A stretch of 64,000 nt of DNA. It comes from Candidatus Adlerbacteria bacterium. GTDB taxonomy: Bacteria > Patescibacteriota > Minisyncoccia > Phycocordibacterales > SBAW01. The stretch is taken from assembly GCA_029288895.1 (NCBI GenBank), contig JARIGK010000004.1, positions 77,621 through 141,620 of the forward strand, in the 5' to 3' direction. This document shows, piece by piece, positions 17,743-26,802 of the stretch. The position numbers were made by a program, and so were the translations under genes. Numbering within the stretch: the first letter of the stretch is position 1; the number at the start of each line of letters is the position of its first letter. Below the pieces are notes generated by a model. The model made no database searches. It was given only the letters and a program-made list of their open reading frames with translations, and had not been told where the DNA came from.

Positions 17743-18821
17743 AAAATATCAAAGACGCAGATGTCCACGGTAAGCGCGTGCTTGTACATACAGACTTTGA
17801 TGTCCCGTTGAAGAATGGCGCCGTCGCAGACGACTTCCGCATTCGCGCAGCATTGCCAACGCTGCAACTTTTGAAGGAGAGAGGTGCGACGCAGATTGTC
17901 ATTATTTCGAAACTTGGTCGCCCAGGAGGAAAGGTAGTGGAGGAATTGCGCATGGCGCCTATTGCGGCACATCTTGCGACACTTATTGATATGTCGAATA
18001 TCGAGGTGCGGGAAAATTTGCGCTTTGACCCGCGCGAGGAAGCAAGCGACGAAAGTTATGCGAAAGAGTTAGCGACGTTGGGAGACATCTTTGTAAATGA
18101 AGCATTTGCCGACAGCCATCGCGCACATGCATCGATTGTTGGGATACCGAAATTCCTCCCGAGCTACGCGGGGCTGCGTTTTGCCGAAGAGGTTGTGCGC
18201 GTGAGCGAGGCGCTCGTGCCACCTCAAAAATCACTCGCAATCATTGGTGGTGCAAAATTTGAAACAAAACAGCCGTTGCTTGAGGCGCTTGTATCGCGCT
18301 ACGGCACAATATTCCTTGGCGGCGCACTCGCAAATGATTTGCTCAAGAGCCGCGGTATGCCTGTTGGGGCGTCACTTATTTCTGAAACGCCTATACCGGC
18401 ATCACTCGCAGAAAATTTCCATATCCAAGCGCCTGTTGATTTAGTGGTGCGAACGGGGGAGGGCGCTGCTCGCTCAGCGAAGACGGGTGATGTGCATCAC
18501 GACGAACGCATCGTCGACATTGGCGAAAATACCGCAGCCCAGTGGGGTGAACAAATAAAAAGCGCAGAGTTTGTGCTGTGGAACGGCCCCGTCGGAATTT
18601 ATGAGGATAGTTTTGTTGGAGGAACTGATGTGTTGGCAGGGGCACTTGCAAGCTCGCCGTGCCGCGCAATTGTCGGAGGCGGTGATACAGCCGCGGCGCT
18701 GTCGAAATTCTCGTTCGACCCTGCACGTGTCTTTATTTCGACAGGCGGCGGCGCGATGCTCGAGTTGTTGGCAAAAGGCACACTGCCCGGCATCGAAGCA
18801 CTTACATCTTCGAAGGAATAA
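17730..18821 (+). CDS. pgk: phosphoglycerate kinase
   Basis: 'KRVLVHTDFDVPL' and 'ISKLGRP' PGK N-domain motifs. Start placed at Met 17730 to minimise overlap with tpiA. Confidence 0.88.
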   Translation: MPGIKNIKDADVHGKRVLVHTDFDVPLKNGAVADDFRIRAALPTLQLLKERGATQIVIISKLGRPGGKVVEELRMAPIAAHLATLIDMSNIEVRENLRFDPREEASDESYAKELATLGDIFVNEAFADSHRAHASIVGIPKFLPSYAGLRFAEEVVRVSEALVPPQKSLAIIGGAKFETKQPLLEALVSRYGTIFLGGALANDLLKSRGMPVGASLISETPIPASLAENFHIQAPVDLVVRTGEGAARSAKTGDVHHDERIVDIGENTAAQWGEQIKSAEFVLWNGPVGIYEDSFVGGTDVLAGALASSPCRAIVGGGDTAAALSKFSFDPARVFISTGGGAMLELLAKGTLPGIEALTSSKE

Positions 18822-19110
18822 GGTGGACGTGCACATGGGGCACGTCTTTGCCCACAATAGAGAGGTGGATATAGTCAGCGCTATATTCGCTTTTTAGTTT
18901 TTGCGCGAGCATTTTTGCACGGCGGAAGAGATTGTCGGAAAGGTCGTCCGGCAGATCCTGAAACCATTGGTGGTGTGCTTTAGGGATGAGGAGGGTGTGG
19001 CCAGGTGCGTTAGGGTGGATGTCGAGGAATGCGATGAATTCGTCATCCTCAAATGTCTTTTGTGCTGGGATTTCGCCCGCGACAATCTTGCAGAAAATAC
19101 AGTTTTCCAT
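18802..19110 (-). CDS. HIT family protein (histidine triad)
   Basis: 'CIFCKIVAGEIP' and the triad 'HVHVHLIP'. Confidence 0.88.
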   Translation of the reverse strand: MENCIFCKIVAGEIPAQKTFEDDEFIAFLDIHPNAPGHTLLIPKAHHQWFQDLPDDLSDNLFRRAKMLAQKLKSEYSADYIHLSIVGKDVPHVHVHLIPSKM

Positions 19111-19132
19111 ACCCCTCCATTATACTGATGAG

Positions 19133-20794
19133 ATGCGGAAAGAGTATCGCCTGCGCGACAGGGCCCACGAAGACCTACTTCAAGACCTGCTACACGCTCG
19201 CGGTATTGAAGATACTGAACTCCAGCAGATGTTCCTCTCGCCTGACTTCGAGCGCGACAGCCACGACCCGATGCTATTGCCCGACATGGAAAAAGCAGTG
19301 GCGCGTGTGTGGGATGCAAAACAAAGAGGCGAGAAAGTTGCGGTGTGGAGCGACTACGACGCTGACGGTTTGCCTGCGGGCGTCATGCTTACGCAATTTT
19401 TAAAGAGTATTGGAGTTGATGTTATTCATCACATCCCACATCGCAATAACGAAGGCTTTGGGTTGAATGAAAACGGCATCGCTATGCTTGCAGAAAAAGG
19501 CGTAACGCTGATGATTACGGCCGACTGCGGCACCACGGACACACAACAAATGCTGTTTGCAAAAGAAAAAGGCATCGACACGATTGTGACAGACCACCAC
19601 ATTGTGCCCGAGCCTATACCGACCGCACAGTTTGCACTGATTAACCCGCACCGCCCCGACAGCGCATACCCATTCCATGAACTATGCGGCGCCGGCACCG
19701 CGTGGAAGTTGGTGCAGGGTATATTGCAAAAACATCGGCCGGAAAACTACATGAAAGGGGAAGAGAAGTGGTTTTTAGATTTGGTAGGTATCGCAACCCT
19801 TTCCGATATGGTGTTGCTGCAGGGCGAAAACAGAATGTTGGCCCACTTTGGGTTGGTTGTCATGCGCCGCGCACGCCGCCCGGGGTTGGCTGCACTCCTT
19901 AAACTTTTGAAAATGAAACCCACAACGATTACTGAAGATGATGTTGGGTTTATGATCTCGCCGCGCATCAACGCCGCATCGCGCATGGGCGACCCGATGG
20001 TCGCGGCGCGCTTGCTCGCCGCGGGGGAAGATGACAACCCAGCAATACTTGCAGAAGAACTCCAGGCATTAAATGACGAGCGGAAGGGTGTGGTGGCTGC
20101 GACTGTCAAAGAAGCAAACAAACGCTTGAGCGAAATGACACCAAGCCCGCTTATTGTCTTAGGCAGCCCCAACTGGCGGCCGGGGATTTTGGGGCTTGTA
20201 GCGAGCGCGCTTGTCGAGGCGCACGGGAAGCCCGTCTTTTTGTGGGGGCGCGAAGGCGGCGACACACTCAAAGGCTCGTGCCGCTCGGACGGTGCAGTAA
20301 ACATTGTGGAGTGTATGCGCGGCGCGCATGATGTGTTTGCCGACTACGGCGGGCATCATGGCGCTGGCGGGTTTTCACTGACAGAAGAACATGCGCATGA
20401 ACTGCATCCAAAGTTGGAACAGGCGTACACATCGCTCCAAACAAGCACGCCTGCTGCAGTAGAGGTTGTGATAGATAGGGAAGTGGAGTTGGCCGAGCTT
20501 GCACATGCGTTGCGCGCGGTGCAAAAATTGGCACCCTTTGGCGTGGGCCATACAAAGCCGCTTTTTAAAATCCCGAATGTGCGCGTGGCGAATATAAAAA
20601 TGTTTGGCAAAACACAAAATCACTTAGGGCTCACTCTTACCACTAACTCTGCCCGCGCCGAGGGCGTCGCGTTTTTCTCGGGCCCCGACTCATTCCAAAA
20701 ACCCATTACTGTTGGTTCTACTTACTCCATCGTCGGCCATATCGAACTCGACTGGCGCGGCGCCCTCCGCATCCGCATCATCGACGTCCTGTAA
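19133..20794 (+). CDS. recJ: single-stranded-DNA-specific exonuclease RecJ
   Basis: DHH motifs ('AVWSDYDADG', 'MITADCG', 'TDHH') and a DHHA1 domain ('GGHHGAGGFSL'). Start at ATG 19133. The upstream part of the ORF 18986 overlaps the HIT gene. Confidence 0.9.
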   Translation: MRKEYRLRDRAHEDLLQDLLHARGIEDTELQQMFLSPDFERDSHDPMLLPDMEKAVARVWDAKQRGEKVAVWSDYDADGLPAGVMLTQFLKSIGVDVIHHIPHRNNEGFGLNENGIAMLAEKGVTLMITADCGTTDTQQMLFAKEKGIDTIVTDHHIVPEPIPTAQFALINPHRPDSAYPFHELCGAGTAWKLVQGILQKHRPENYMKGEEKWFLDLVGIATLSDMVLLQGENRMLAHFGLVVMRRARRPGLAALLKLLKMKPTTITEDDVGFMISPRINAASRMGDPMVAARLLAAGEDDNPAILAEELQALNDERKGVVAATVKEANKRLSEMTPSPLIVLGSPNWRPGILGLVASALVEAHGKPVFLWGREGGDTLKGSCRSDGAVNIVECMRGAHDVFADYGGHHGAGGFSLTEEHAHELHPKLEQAYTSLQTSTPAAVEVVIDREVELAELAHALRAVQKLAPFGVGHTKPLFKIPNVRVANIKMFGKTQNHLGLTLTTNSARAEGVAFFSGPDSFQKPITVGSTYSIVGHIELDWRGALRIRIIDVL

Positions 20795-20805
20795 ATTTTT
20801 CCAAA

Positions 20806-20838
20806 AGAAAAACCCGCGTCGTTTCCGACGCGGGTAGT
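20806..20838. terminator. bidirectional terminator (aaaaacccgcgtcg-tttc-cgacgcgggta)
   Basis: 9-bp GC stem flanked by an A-run and 'tagtaatct', between the convergent recJ (+) and the 20842 gene (-). Confidence 0.7.
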
Positions 20839-20841
20839 AAT

Positions 20842-21246
20842 CTAGAAGAGGCAGCCTTGCTGGAGCTCCTTCAGTACATGTGTACTCAGAAGATCGGAAC
20901 GAACGTGCTCCACCTTCATGTTCGCGCAGTAATCACGGGTTTTCGGAATCACCCATTCGATATTCGGATAGGCTTCCTTCACCTCGTCAATGAGCCATGA
21001 CGTGAAGTTGCAGCACTCGCTAAGAAGTAGAACCTTCTTCGCTTTCGGCGCTTCTTTCATGTACGTCTTGAATCCTTCTTTGTCGAGTTCGAAACGCCAC
21101 GTAGTAACTTGGGTGACGTATCCTTTGGCCTGACCTGAGGCACACGGCACGATAAAGACAGTGTCGATCCCGTCCAGTTGGAAGGGGAACGAGCCTTCGT
21201 CCTTAATCACCTTGAGAAACTCCGAAGTCGTATAGATGCCACGCAT
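20842..21246 (-). CDS. hypothetical protein (134 aa)
   Basis: Start at Met 21246 (MRGIYTTSEF) with AGGAGA 6 nt upstream on the minus strand. Contains 'CASGQ' and 'SECCNF' Cys motifs. Family not recognised. Confidence 0.45.
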   Translation of the reverse strand: MRGIYTTSEFLKVIKDEGSFPFQLDGIDTVFIVPCASGQAKGYVTQVTTWRFELDKEGFKTYMKEAPKAKKVLLLSECCNFTSWLIDEVKEAYPNIEWVIPKTRDYCANMKVEHVRSDLLSTHVLKELQQGCLF

Positions 21247-21294
21247 TTCTGTCTCCTGGGTTGTGATGAACGTTCTGGCAACAGTATGCACCCG

Positions 21295-21365
21295 TATTTG
21301 ACATAGTTCAAAAATAATGGCTTTTTATGCTTGACAGTCAAAAATATTTTGACTAAAATAGGGCA
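21295..21365. promoter_or_regulatory. divergent promoter/operator region with three TTGAC-containing palindromes
   Basis: Plus strand: TTGACA (21331-36) - 17 nt - TAAAAT (21354-59) - ATG 21366 (leaderless). Palindromes TTTGACATAGTTCAAA (21297-21312), TTGACAGTCAA (21331-41) and TATTTTGACTAAAATA (21345-60). The minus-strand TTGAAC-17-CATACT promoter for gene 20842 overlaps. Confidence 0.55.
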
Positions 21366-22202
21366 ATGCTAGGAACACCCAAGCAAAGTATTGAGGACTT
21401 GATAGTCGAGGCGCTGGCAAAAAAGCCTTATATTGCAGGCCCAGAGTTGGTTGCTTCTATACAAAAAGAGCGCCCTAACACCACAAAACAGGCGGTATAT
21501 ATAGCGCTCAAAACACTGCTTGCGAGCGAAACGGTGGCTAAGGCGGGCGGCGAATATTTCCTTACCCGTGTGTGGCTCGGGAAGATCCAGCGTTTGTTGG
21601 GGTTGAAGAATGAGACGCAGAATGTGCCGGACGCCATCTTCGATTTGCAAGATGGTGAATCTATCTCATATCGCTTCCCAAGCTTGTTGTCGTGTGACAC
21701 CTATTGGGCGCACATCTTTAACACGCTTGTTGAATGGACGCCCAAAGAGCGCCCAATTTGTATCTGGAACCCGCATGAATGGTTCGCCGTTGGCCGCACC
21801 GAAGTCGAAAAAGAAATCTTTAACGAATATGAGCGTCACGACAAATATATTTTCCATACCATTGGTGGCCGTACGGCGCTTGACCGTGCATTTCTTAAAG
21901 AGTGGGGGAGCAAGCGCGTGCAAATCAATATGGATGAAAATTTCCTTCCGCAGAATTACTATCTAAACGTATTTGGAGATTTTATTGTGGAAGTGTTTTT
22001 TGATGACGCAATTGTAGGAAAGATAGAAGCGTTTTATCAGAAATATGAAACGTTGACGCCGGAAAACACGAAGGAGTTCGAAAAGCTGCTTGAAGAAAAA
22101 TATCCCGTGCGTATGAAAATTTCTCACAAAAAGAAAAAAGCTGCAGAACTCCGCAAACAGCTTTCCAAAGAGTTCTACGTTCCAGAACATTTGAATCTGT
22201 AA
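21366..22202 (+). CDS. putative winged-helix transcriptional regulator (278 aa), leaderless
   Basis: N-terminus 'SIEDLIVEALAKKPYIAGPELVASIQKERPNTTKQAVYIALKTLLASETVAK' is wHTH-like. C-terminal domain unknown. The promoter lies immediately upstream with no 5'UTR. Confidence 0.4.
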   Translation: MLGTPKQSIEDLIVEALAKKPYIAGPELVASIQKERPNTTKQAVYIALKTLLASETVAKAGGEYFLTRVWLGKIQRLLGLKNETQNVPDAIFDLQDGESISYRFPSLLSCDTYWAHIFNTLVEWTPKERPICIWNPHEWFAVGRTEVEKEIFNEYERHDKYIFHTIGGRTALDRAFLKEWGSKRVQINMDENFLPQNYYLNVFGDFIVEVFFDDAIVGKIEAFYQKYETLTPENTKEFEKLLEEKYPVRMKISHKKKKAAELRKQLSKEFYVPEHLNL

Positions 22203-22232
22203 AAAGAAAAACCCGACCGAAGTCGGGTTATG
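22203..22232. terminator. bidirectional terminator (aaacccgac-cgaag-tcgggtt)
   Basis: Stem-loop preceded by 'aaaaagaaaa', between convergent genes. Confidence 0.6.
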
Positions 22233-22809
22233 CTCTGCGCTTTCGATAGATGCGCTTGGTGGATTGAATCGTCACAGCTCGCAGAGTGTCGGCAAGAATG
22301 ACACGCTTACTGGTGCCTCGAAAAGCAATCATCCCAACGTACTGCCTTTTGGTTTCGTGAGGCATGATGAGGTGTGGGACGCCGTGGCCACCAGGCTCAC
22401 CAAGTTCGTATTCAACGCATACGCGAGCTTGTGTAGCGAGGTTTTCGAGCATCATTAATGCTTCGGCATTCACTTGGGGAAGAAGCTTCCGATGGCTTTC
22501 ATCCTCCACTGTCATCTTCAGTAGAGTCTGCTGTAGTTCGTCTGTGATGCGCCAGCGCGTAAGACCGTCTTGGCTTTCTGTGATGATGTGAGGCAGAAGG
22601 CGTGTATATCCGTAGAGATATCCTACGCGCCCATACGTTGCCCAGTTTGGTCGTCTCGCCAACAGATTGAGAGCGACACGTAGGTCATGTATTGGGTGCT
22701 GTGGGTTAGGGCATCTGTCGAGGACGCGGTGCCATGGTGTTTGAGCCACGATGTTACTCCCTTTGAAGTGCTTTGTCCGCACTGTAATTACTTTTGCGAT
22801 ATACTGCAA
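22228..22809 (-). CDS. hypothetical protein (193 aa)
   Basis: Long ORF with only a TTG start at 22809. It abuts the rnhA start with no intergenic space. No recognisable domain. Confidence 0.35.
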   Translation of the reverse strand: MQYIAKVITVRTKHFKGSNIVAQTPWHRVLDRCPNPQHPIHDLRVALNLLARRPNWATYGRVGYLYGYTRLLPHIITESQDGLTRWRITDELQQTLLKMTVEDESHRKLLPQVNAEALMMLENLATQARVCVEYELGEPGGHGVPHLIMPHETKRQYVGMIAFRGTSKRVILADTLRAVTIQSTKRIYRKRRA

Positions 22810-22811
22810 GC

Positions 22812-23516
22812 GTGGAAAAAATTACTATTTTTACTGATGGCGCGTCGAAGGGGAATCCGGGCAGGGGCGGGTGGGGCGCGATCGTAAGTGATGGGGAGAC
22901 GGTTGTGGAGTTGGGGGCACGCGACGAACATACGACCAACAACAAAATGGAACTGACGGGTGCGCTCGAGGCGCTCCGAAATGCGCCGCATGCGGAATGG
23001 CCGGCGGTTATCTACACTGATTCGAAGTATGTGATCAACGGCATCACCAAGTGGGTCAAAGGGTGGGAGCGCAACGGATGGATGACGCAGCAGAAAGAGC
23101 CGGTATTGAATAGAGAATTGTGGGAGCAATTGCTCGATGCGACACGTGCGCGCACCGGAAAGATTCAGTGGGAGTATGTTGGCGGCCACGTCGGCATTGC
23201 CGGTAATGAACGAGTCGATGAGATCGCCTCTAACTTTGCAGATAATATCCCAGTCGAACTCTACTCGGGTCCCGCTTCTGCCTACACAGTTGCTATCGAA
23301 AATTTAAATTTTGACGAGATAAAGCAAAAAGAAAAATCTGCATCAAGCAAGCGCTCAAATGCAAAAGCCTATTCGTACGTCAGTAAGGTTGATGGTGTTA
23401 TTGAGGTACATAAAACATGGGCCGAGTGTGAAGCTCGCGTCAAAGGCCGTGCTGCACGTTTTAAGAAAGCTACGTCGCCCGAAGAAGAGGCGGAGATTAT
23501 AGAATCTTTTTCATAA
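22812..23516 (+). CDS. rnhA: ribonuclease HI with ~90-aa C-terminal extension
   Basis: 'ITIFTDGASKGNPGRGGWGAIV', 'ELTGALEALR', 'IYTDSKYVINGI' and 'HVGIAGNERVDEIA' are RNase HI catalytic DEDD motifs. GTG 22812 is proposed as the start. Confidence 0.8.
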   Translation: MEKITIFTDGASKGNPGRGGWGAIVSDGETVVELGARDEHTTNNKMELTGALEALRNAPHAEWPAVIYTDSKYVINGITKWVKGWERNGWMTQQKEPVLNRELWEQLLDATRARTGKIQWEYVGGHVGIAGNERVDEIASNFADNIPVELYSGPASAYTVAIENLNFDEIKQKEKSASSKRSNAKAYSYVSKVDGVIEVHKTWAECEARVKGRAARFKKATSPEEEAEIIESFS

Positions 23517-23558
23517 AATTTGAGCGAATCTATATCAGCCTTTCGCTAGAGTGCGAGG

Positions 23559-24941
23559 GTGAAGCCGCTCTATAGAAACATACTGCTTGCTCTCGGGTTT
23601 GTATGCATCTTTGCTGCGCGCGGTTTGATATATCAAACCAATTGGAACAGTCAGACACTGTTGCAGCTGGTGCATACAATTGACGCAGAAAAGGGGAAGA
23701 AGGTTGTGGTGGTGGGGAAGGTGGCAGACGACCCCGACAGGCGTGACACAACGCTGCATGTGAATGTTGATGTCGAAACTGTTGATGGCGTTCCAAAAAA
23801 CGGCACGCTTATCGCATTCTTCCCGCCCGAAACAAAACTGGAATATGGCCAACATGTTGTGGCGAAGGGGACGCTGCGCTTGCCCGATGCATTTGAAACA
23901 GAAACTGGCGTCTTTGATTACCCGCACTACCTACAAGCCCAAGGAATTTCTGCGATGCTTACAAGTGCGCAGCTTTCTTCGTCGTCATCCGTACACATTT
24001 CTTTGTTTGGAGTGTTGTATGGCATCAAACATATGTTTGATGCATCGCTCGAGAAAATTTTTATCCCGCCGCATGGTGCACTCATCGACGGCGTCTTGCT
24101 TGGCGAACGCCGCGGCATCCCTGACGATTTGCAACGCGCATTTATTGTCTCGAGCTTGGTGCACATCGTTGTCCTTTCGGGCCACGTACTCACTTTGGTG
24201 GCCGACGCCATTATGCGCACGCTTGGCTTTTTGCCGCGCAAATACAAATATCCGCTGGGCGCGCTTATGATCGTGCTCTTTGTATTGATGGTTGGTGCCT
24301 CGTCGACGGCAGTCCGTGCGGGCATTATGGCGCTCATTGGTTTGATAGGCCGCGTTGCACACCGGCACGCGGACGCACTGCGTTCGTTATTCATCGCAGC
24401 TGCCATAATGATTCTCTGGAACCCACCCGTCGTATTGTGGGACACATCATTTATTTTGAGCATGTTGGCTGCGTTTGGGTTGATCACGCTTTCGCCACTC
24501 GTAGAGACATGGCTACACTGGGTGCCAGAAAAGTTCGAGCTGCGCGCGATCGCTACATCAACCTTGTCTGTCGAAATTTTTATTGTGCCCGCGCTTCTGT
24601 ACTTCACTGGAACATTTTCTGTTTTTGCATTGCCCGCGAACATACTCGCATTGCCGGTGTTGCCGTGGGCAATGTTGTTTGGATTTTTGGCAGGTGCGCT
24701 AAACTTGCTACCCGGTGTTGCTGGTGTAGTGCTCGCATTTGTGCCAGCGTTTTTTGCGCAACTACTTCTGCGCTGGATCATCTATATTGCCACCACGATA
24801 CAAAGTATCCCGCACTCGAGTTACCTCGTGCGCGGGTTTCCTTTGTGGGCGATGGCCCTGTGTCATGTGCCGCTTATTGCGGTTTCCAGCTGGACAATGC
24901 GGCGAATCGCTCCTCGACGAGCGACCAGTTCAAATTCTTAA
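23559..24941 (+). CDS. comEC: ComEC/Rec2 family competence protein (DNA internalisation channel), short form without C-terminal MBL domain
   Basis: N-terminal TM plus OB-like DUF4131 region, then a polytopic Competence domain ('LLGERRGIPDDLQRAFIVSSLVHIVVLSGHVLTLVA'). Confidence 0.75.
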   Translation: MKPLYRNILLALGFVCIFAARGLIYQTNWNSQTLLQLVHTIDAEKGKKVVVVGKVADDPDRRDTTLHVNVDVETVDGVPKNGTLIAFFPPETKLEYGQHVVAKGTLRLPDAFETETGVFDYPHYLQAQGISAMLTSAQLSSSSSVHISLFGVLYGIKHMFDASLEKIFIPPHGALIDGVLLGERRGIPDDLQRAFIVSSLVHIVVLSGHVLTLVADAIMRTLGFLPRKYKYPLGALMIVLFVLMVGASSTAVRAGIMALIGLIGRVAHRHADALRSLFIAAAIMILWNPPVVLWDTSFILSMLAAFGLITLSPLVETWLHWVPEKFELRAIATSTLSVEIFIVPALLYFTGTFSVFALPANILALPVLPWAMLFGFLAGALNLLPGVAGVVLAFVPAFFAQLLLRWIIYIATTIQSIPHSSYLVRGFPLWAMALCHVPLIAVSSWTMRRIAPRRATSSNS

Positions 24942-25479
24942 AGAAGGCGTCGATATATTTTCCTTTGCCTTGTGCGCCATAGTCGACGAGGAAGGCATGC
25001 TCCCACACATCGAGTGCAAGCACGATAGGGAGGGTAACGAAGTGGCCCTGGTGCTGTTCGCCCGAGAAGCCTGCCAACAATTGCTGGCCGTATGCATCCC
25101 AGTAGAGGATAGCCCAGCCCGGTCCGCGCATATTTCCAATTGCTTTAAAGTACGGCTCGAAGTGCTCGGCCTTCATGTACTCCTTTTCGAATTGCTTGGC
25201 GAGCGCACTTTCTGGGTTGAGTGCTTTGGCGCCGCCTTCAAATTGCTGGAAGTAGTATTCGTGCAAACGCATGCCGCCAAACTCAAACGAGCGGCGGCGG
25301 ATCAGTTCTGACAGGGCGTGCGCGTTTGCCTCGCTGTCTTGTGCGTACTCAGGCAACTTTTTTGAGATTGCATTAAAGTTTTTTACGTAGCCTTGGTAGA
25401 GACCAATATGTTCTTCGACGGATTCGCTCGAGATGCCATCAAGCTCGGGGATGTTAAATGTCTTTGCGGTGTATTCCAT
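24874..25479 (-). CDS. sodA: Fe/Mn superoxide dismutase
   Basis: 'HHSKHH'-equivalent N-terminal metal ligands and the C-terminal 'DVWEHAFLVDY' signature. Confidence 0.92.
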   Translation of the reverse strand: MEYTAKTFNIPELDGISSESVEEHIGLYQGYVKNFNAISKKLPEYAQDSEANAHALSELIRRRSFEFGGMRLHEYYFQQFEGGAKALNPESALAKQFEKEYMKAEHFEPYFKAIGNMRGPGWAILYWDAYGQQLLAGFSGEQHQGHFVTLPIVLALDVWEHAFLVDYGAQGKGKYIDAFFKNLNWSLVEERFAALSSWKPQ

Positions 25480-25529
25480 ACAATAAATCTTAATGTGTAG
25501 TGTTCATATTCTATTGTACACGCCCCAAA

Positions 25530-25563
25530 AATTGACATGAAGAGCGAGGAGAGTATGGTGAGA
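25530..25563 (+). promoter_or_regulatory. putative promoter TTGACA-N16-TATGGT
   Basis: TTGACA at 25530-35, upstream of the small ORF 25581. Confidence 0.35.
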
Positions 25564-25580
25564 AATGGAGGGCGCATGTA

Positions 25581-25763
25581 ATGGAACAAAACGAGAAAAA
25601 TAGTACTTTGCCGGACACACCGGAAGATCGGCCTGCGGGCCTTGTAATACTCGAGCGGGATATCGATGTGTTCGATAACCCATTCGATTTTGAACTCAAC
25701 TTTTGTCGCGGATGCGATAGAGAGGGAGAGTGTGACGACGGTGCATGTATGACCATGGGCTGA
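25581..25763 (+). CDS. small acidic Cys-rich peptide (60 aa)
   Basis: GGAGGG 11 nt upstream. The C-terminus 'CRGCDREGECDDGACMTMG' carries five Cys. A promoter-like sequence lies upstream. Confidence 0.35.
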   Translation: MEQNEKNSTLPDTPEDRPAGLVILERDIDVFDNPFDFELNFCRGCDREGECDDGACMTMG

Positions 25764-25765
25764 AA

Positions 25766-25802
25766 AAACAAAAAGGCGACCACAGGGGTCGCCTTTACTG
25801 TA
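25766..25802 (-). terminator. terminator of rpmB (read on minus strand: ggcgaccc-ctgt-ggtcgcc + TTTTTGTTTTTT)
   Basis: Hairpin followed on the minus strand by a long T-run. Confidence 0.7.
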
Positions 25803-25815
25803 TTTGGAGTTCTAG

Positions 25816-26058
25816 TTAGATGAGGCCTGCTGCCTTGAGGGTCTTGTACGCACCGTTTTTAGCGATGGTCTTGAGGCCCTGGGTAGAAACGGTGACCGTA
25901 ACGCTCTTGTTGAGCTCCGGTACGAAAATGCGCTTCTTTTGCAAGTTAACCTGCTTGCGGACGTTGCCCGTTGGGTTGAACTTGGTAGCACGAATACGGT
26001 TGCTGTAGCCGCCTGCAACCTTCGAAGTCTTGCCCGTTATTTCGCAAACTTTTGCCAT
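25816..26058 (-). CDS. rpmB: 50S ribosomal protein L28
   Basis: 'MAKVCEITGKTSKVAGGYSNRIRATKF' is the canonical bL28 N-terminus. Confidence 0.9.
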   Translation of the reverse strand: MAKVCEITGKTSKVAGGYSNRIRATKFNPTGNVRKQVNLQKKRIFVPELNKSVTVTVSTQGLKTIAKNGAYKTLKAAGLI

Positions 26059-26095
26059 ATCAGTTGTCGCGACATGATATCATTAATATATAAAT

Positions 26096-26728
26096 ATGCA
26101 AACGGACGTCATTTTTGGCCTTATTATTCTCATCATTTCGGTAATTTTGCACGAAGTGGCCCATGGCTACATGGCCAACTGGCTGGGCGACCCCACGGCG
26201 CGTTTAGCTGGCCGCCTTACCTTAAACCCGCTTTCGCACATCGACCCGGTGGGCTCCATTCTCCTGCCAGCGCTCCTTACTATGACTGGCTCGCCCTTCC
26301 TTATCGGGTACGCAAAGCCAGTGCCGTACAACCCCTACAACTTAAAGAGTGCATTGGGCGAGACATTGGTTGCGGCCGCGGGCCCGGGCACCAACTTGCT
26401 GTTGGCGCTTATCTTTGCAGCGCTTATCCGCACGGGCGGGGTAGCGATGGCGACACCGATGCTGTCGGCGTTTGCGACAATCGTGTACGTAAACCTTCTG
26501 TTGGCACTCTTTAATATCATCCCGATCCCGCCACTTGATGGCTCAAAAGTGTTGTCAGGCTTGCTTGGAACCCGCAACGCAGTGGGCCGCGCGTACGAGT
26601 CATTCCGTGTGAGCCTCGAACGTTTAGGCGTCCTTTCGGGCACGCTCGTGATGCTTATCGTCTTCTATGCGCTGTACCCATATTTTGCTTCGGTACTGCA
26701 ATGGCTCTTTGCCCTTTTGATAGGGTAG
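26096..26728 (+). CDS. site-2 protease family (M50) zinc metalloprotease
   Basis: 'HEVAHG' HExxH motif within TM1, a polytopic membrane protein, and the 'NLLPIPPLDGSK' LDG motif. Confidence 0.7.
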   Translation: MQTDVIFGLIILIISVILHEVAHGYMANWLGDPTARLAGRLTLNPLSHIDPVGSILLPALLTMTGSPFLIGYAKPVPYNPYNLKSALGETLVAAAGPGTNLLLALIFAALIRTGGVAMATPMLSAFATIVYVNLLLALFNIIPIPPLDGSKVLSGLLGTRNAVGRAYESFRVSLERLGVLSGTLVMLIVFYALYPYFASVLQWLFALLIG

Positions 26729-26802
26729 AGGGGCACCTAGTTGCACGGTTAACTTATATATAGTAGATTGTTGGCAACGCCTGACGGGCGTTTTTAATTC
26801 GA

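Noticed and set aside
23927-24781. 284-aa minus ORF antisense to comEC
   Set aside because: Antisense frame of a membrane-protein gene (Ala/Ser/Thr-rich translation), with no start context.
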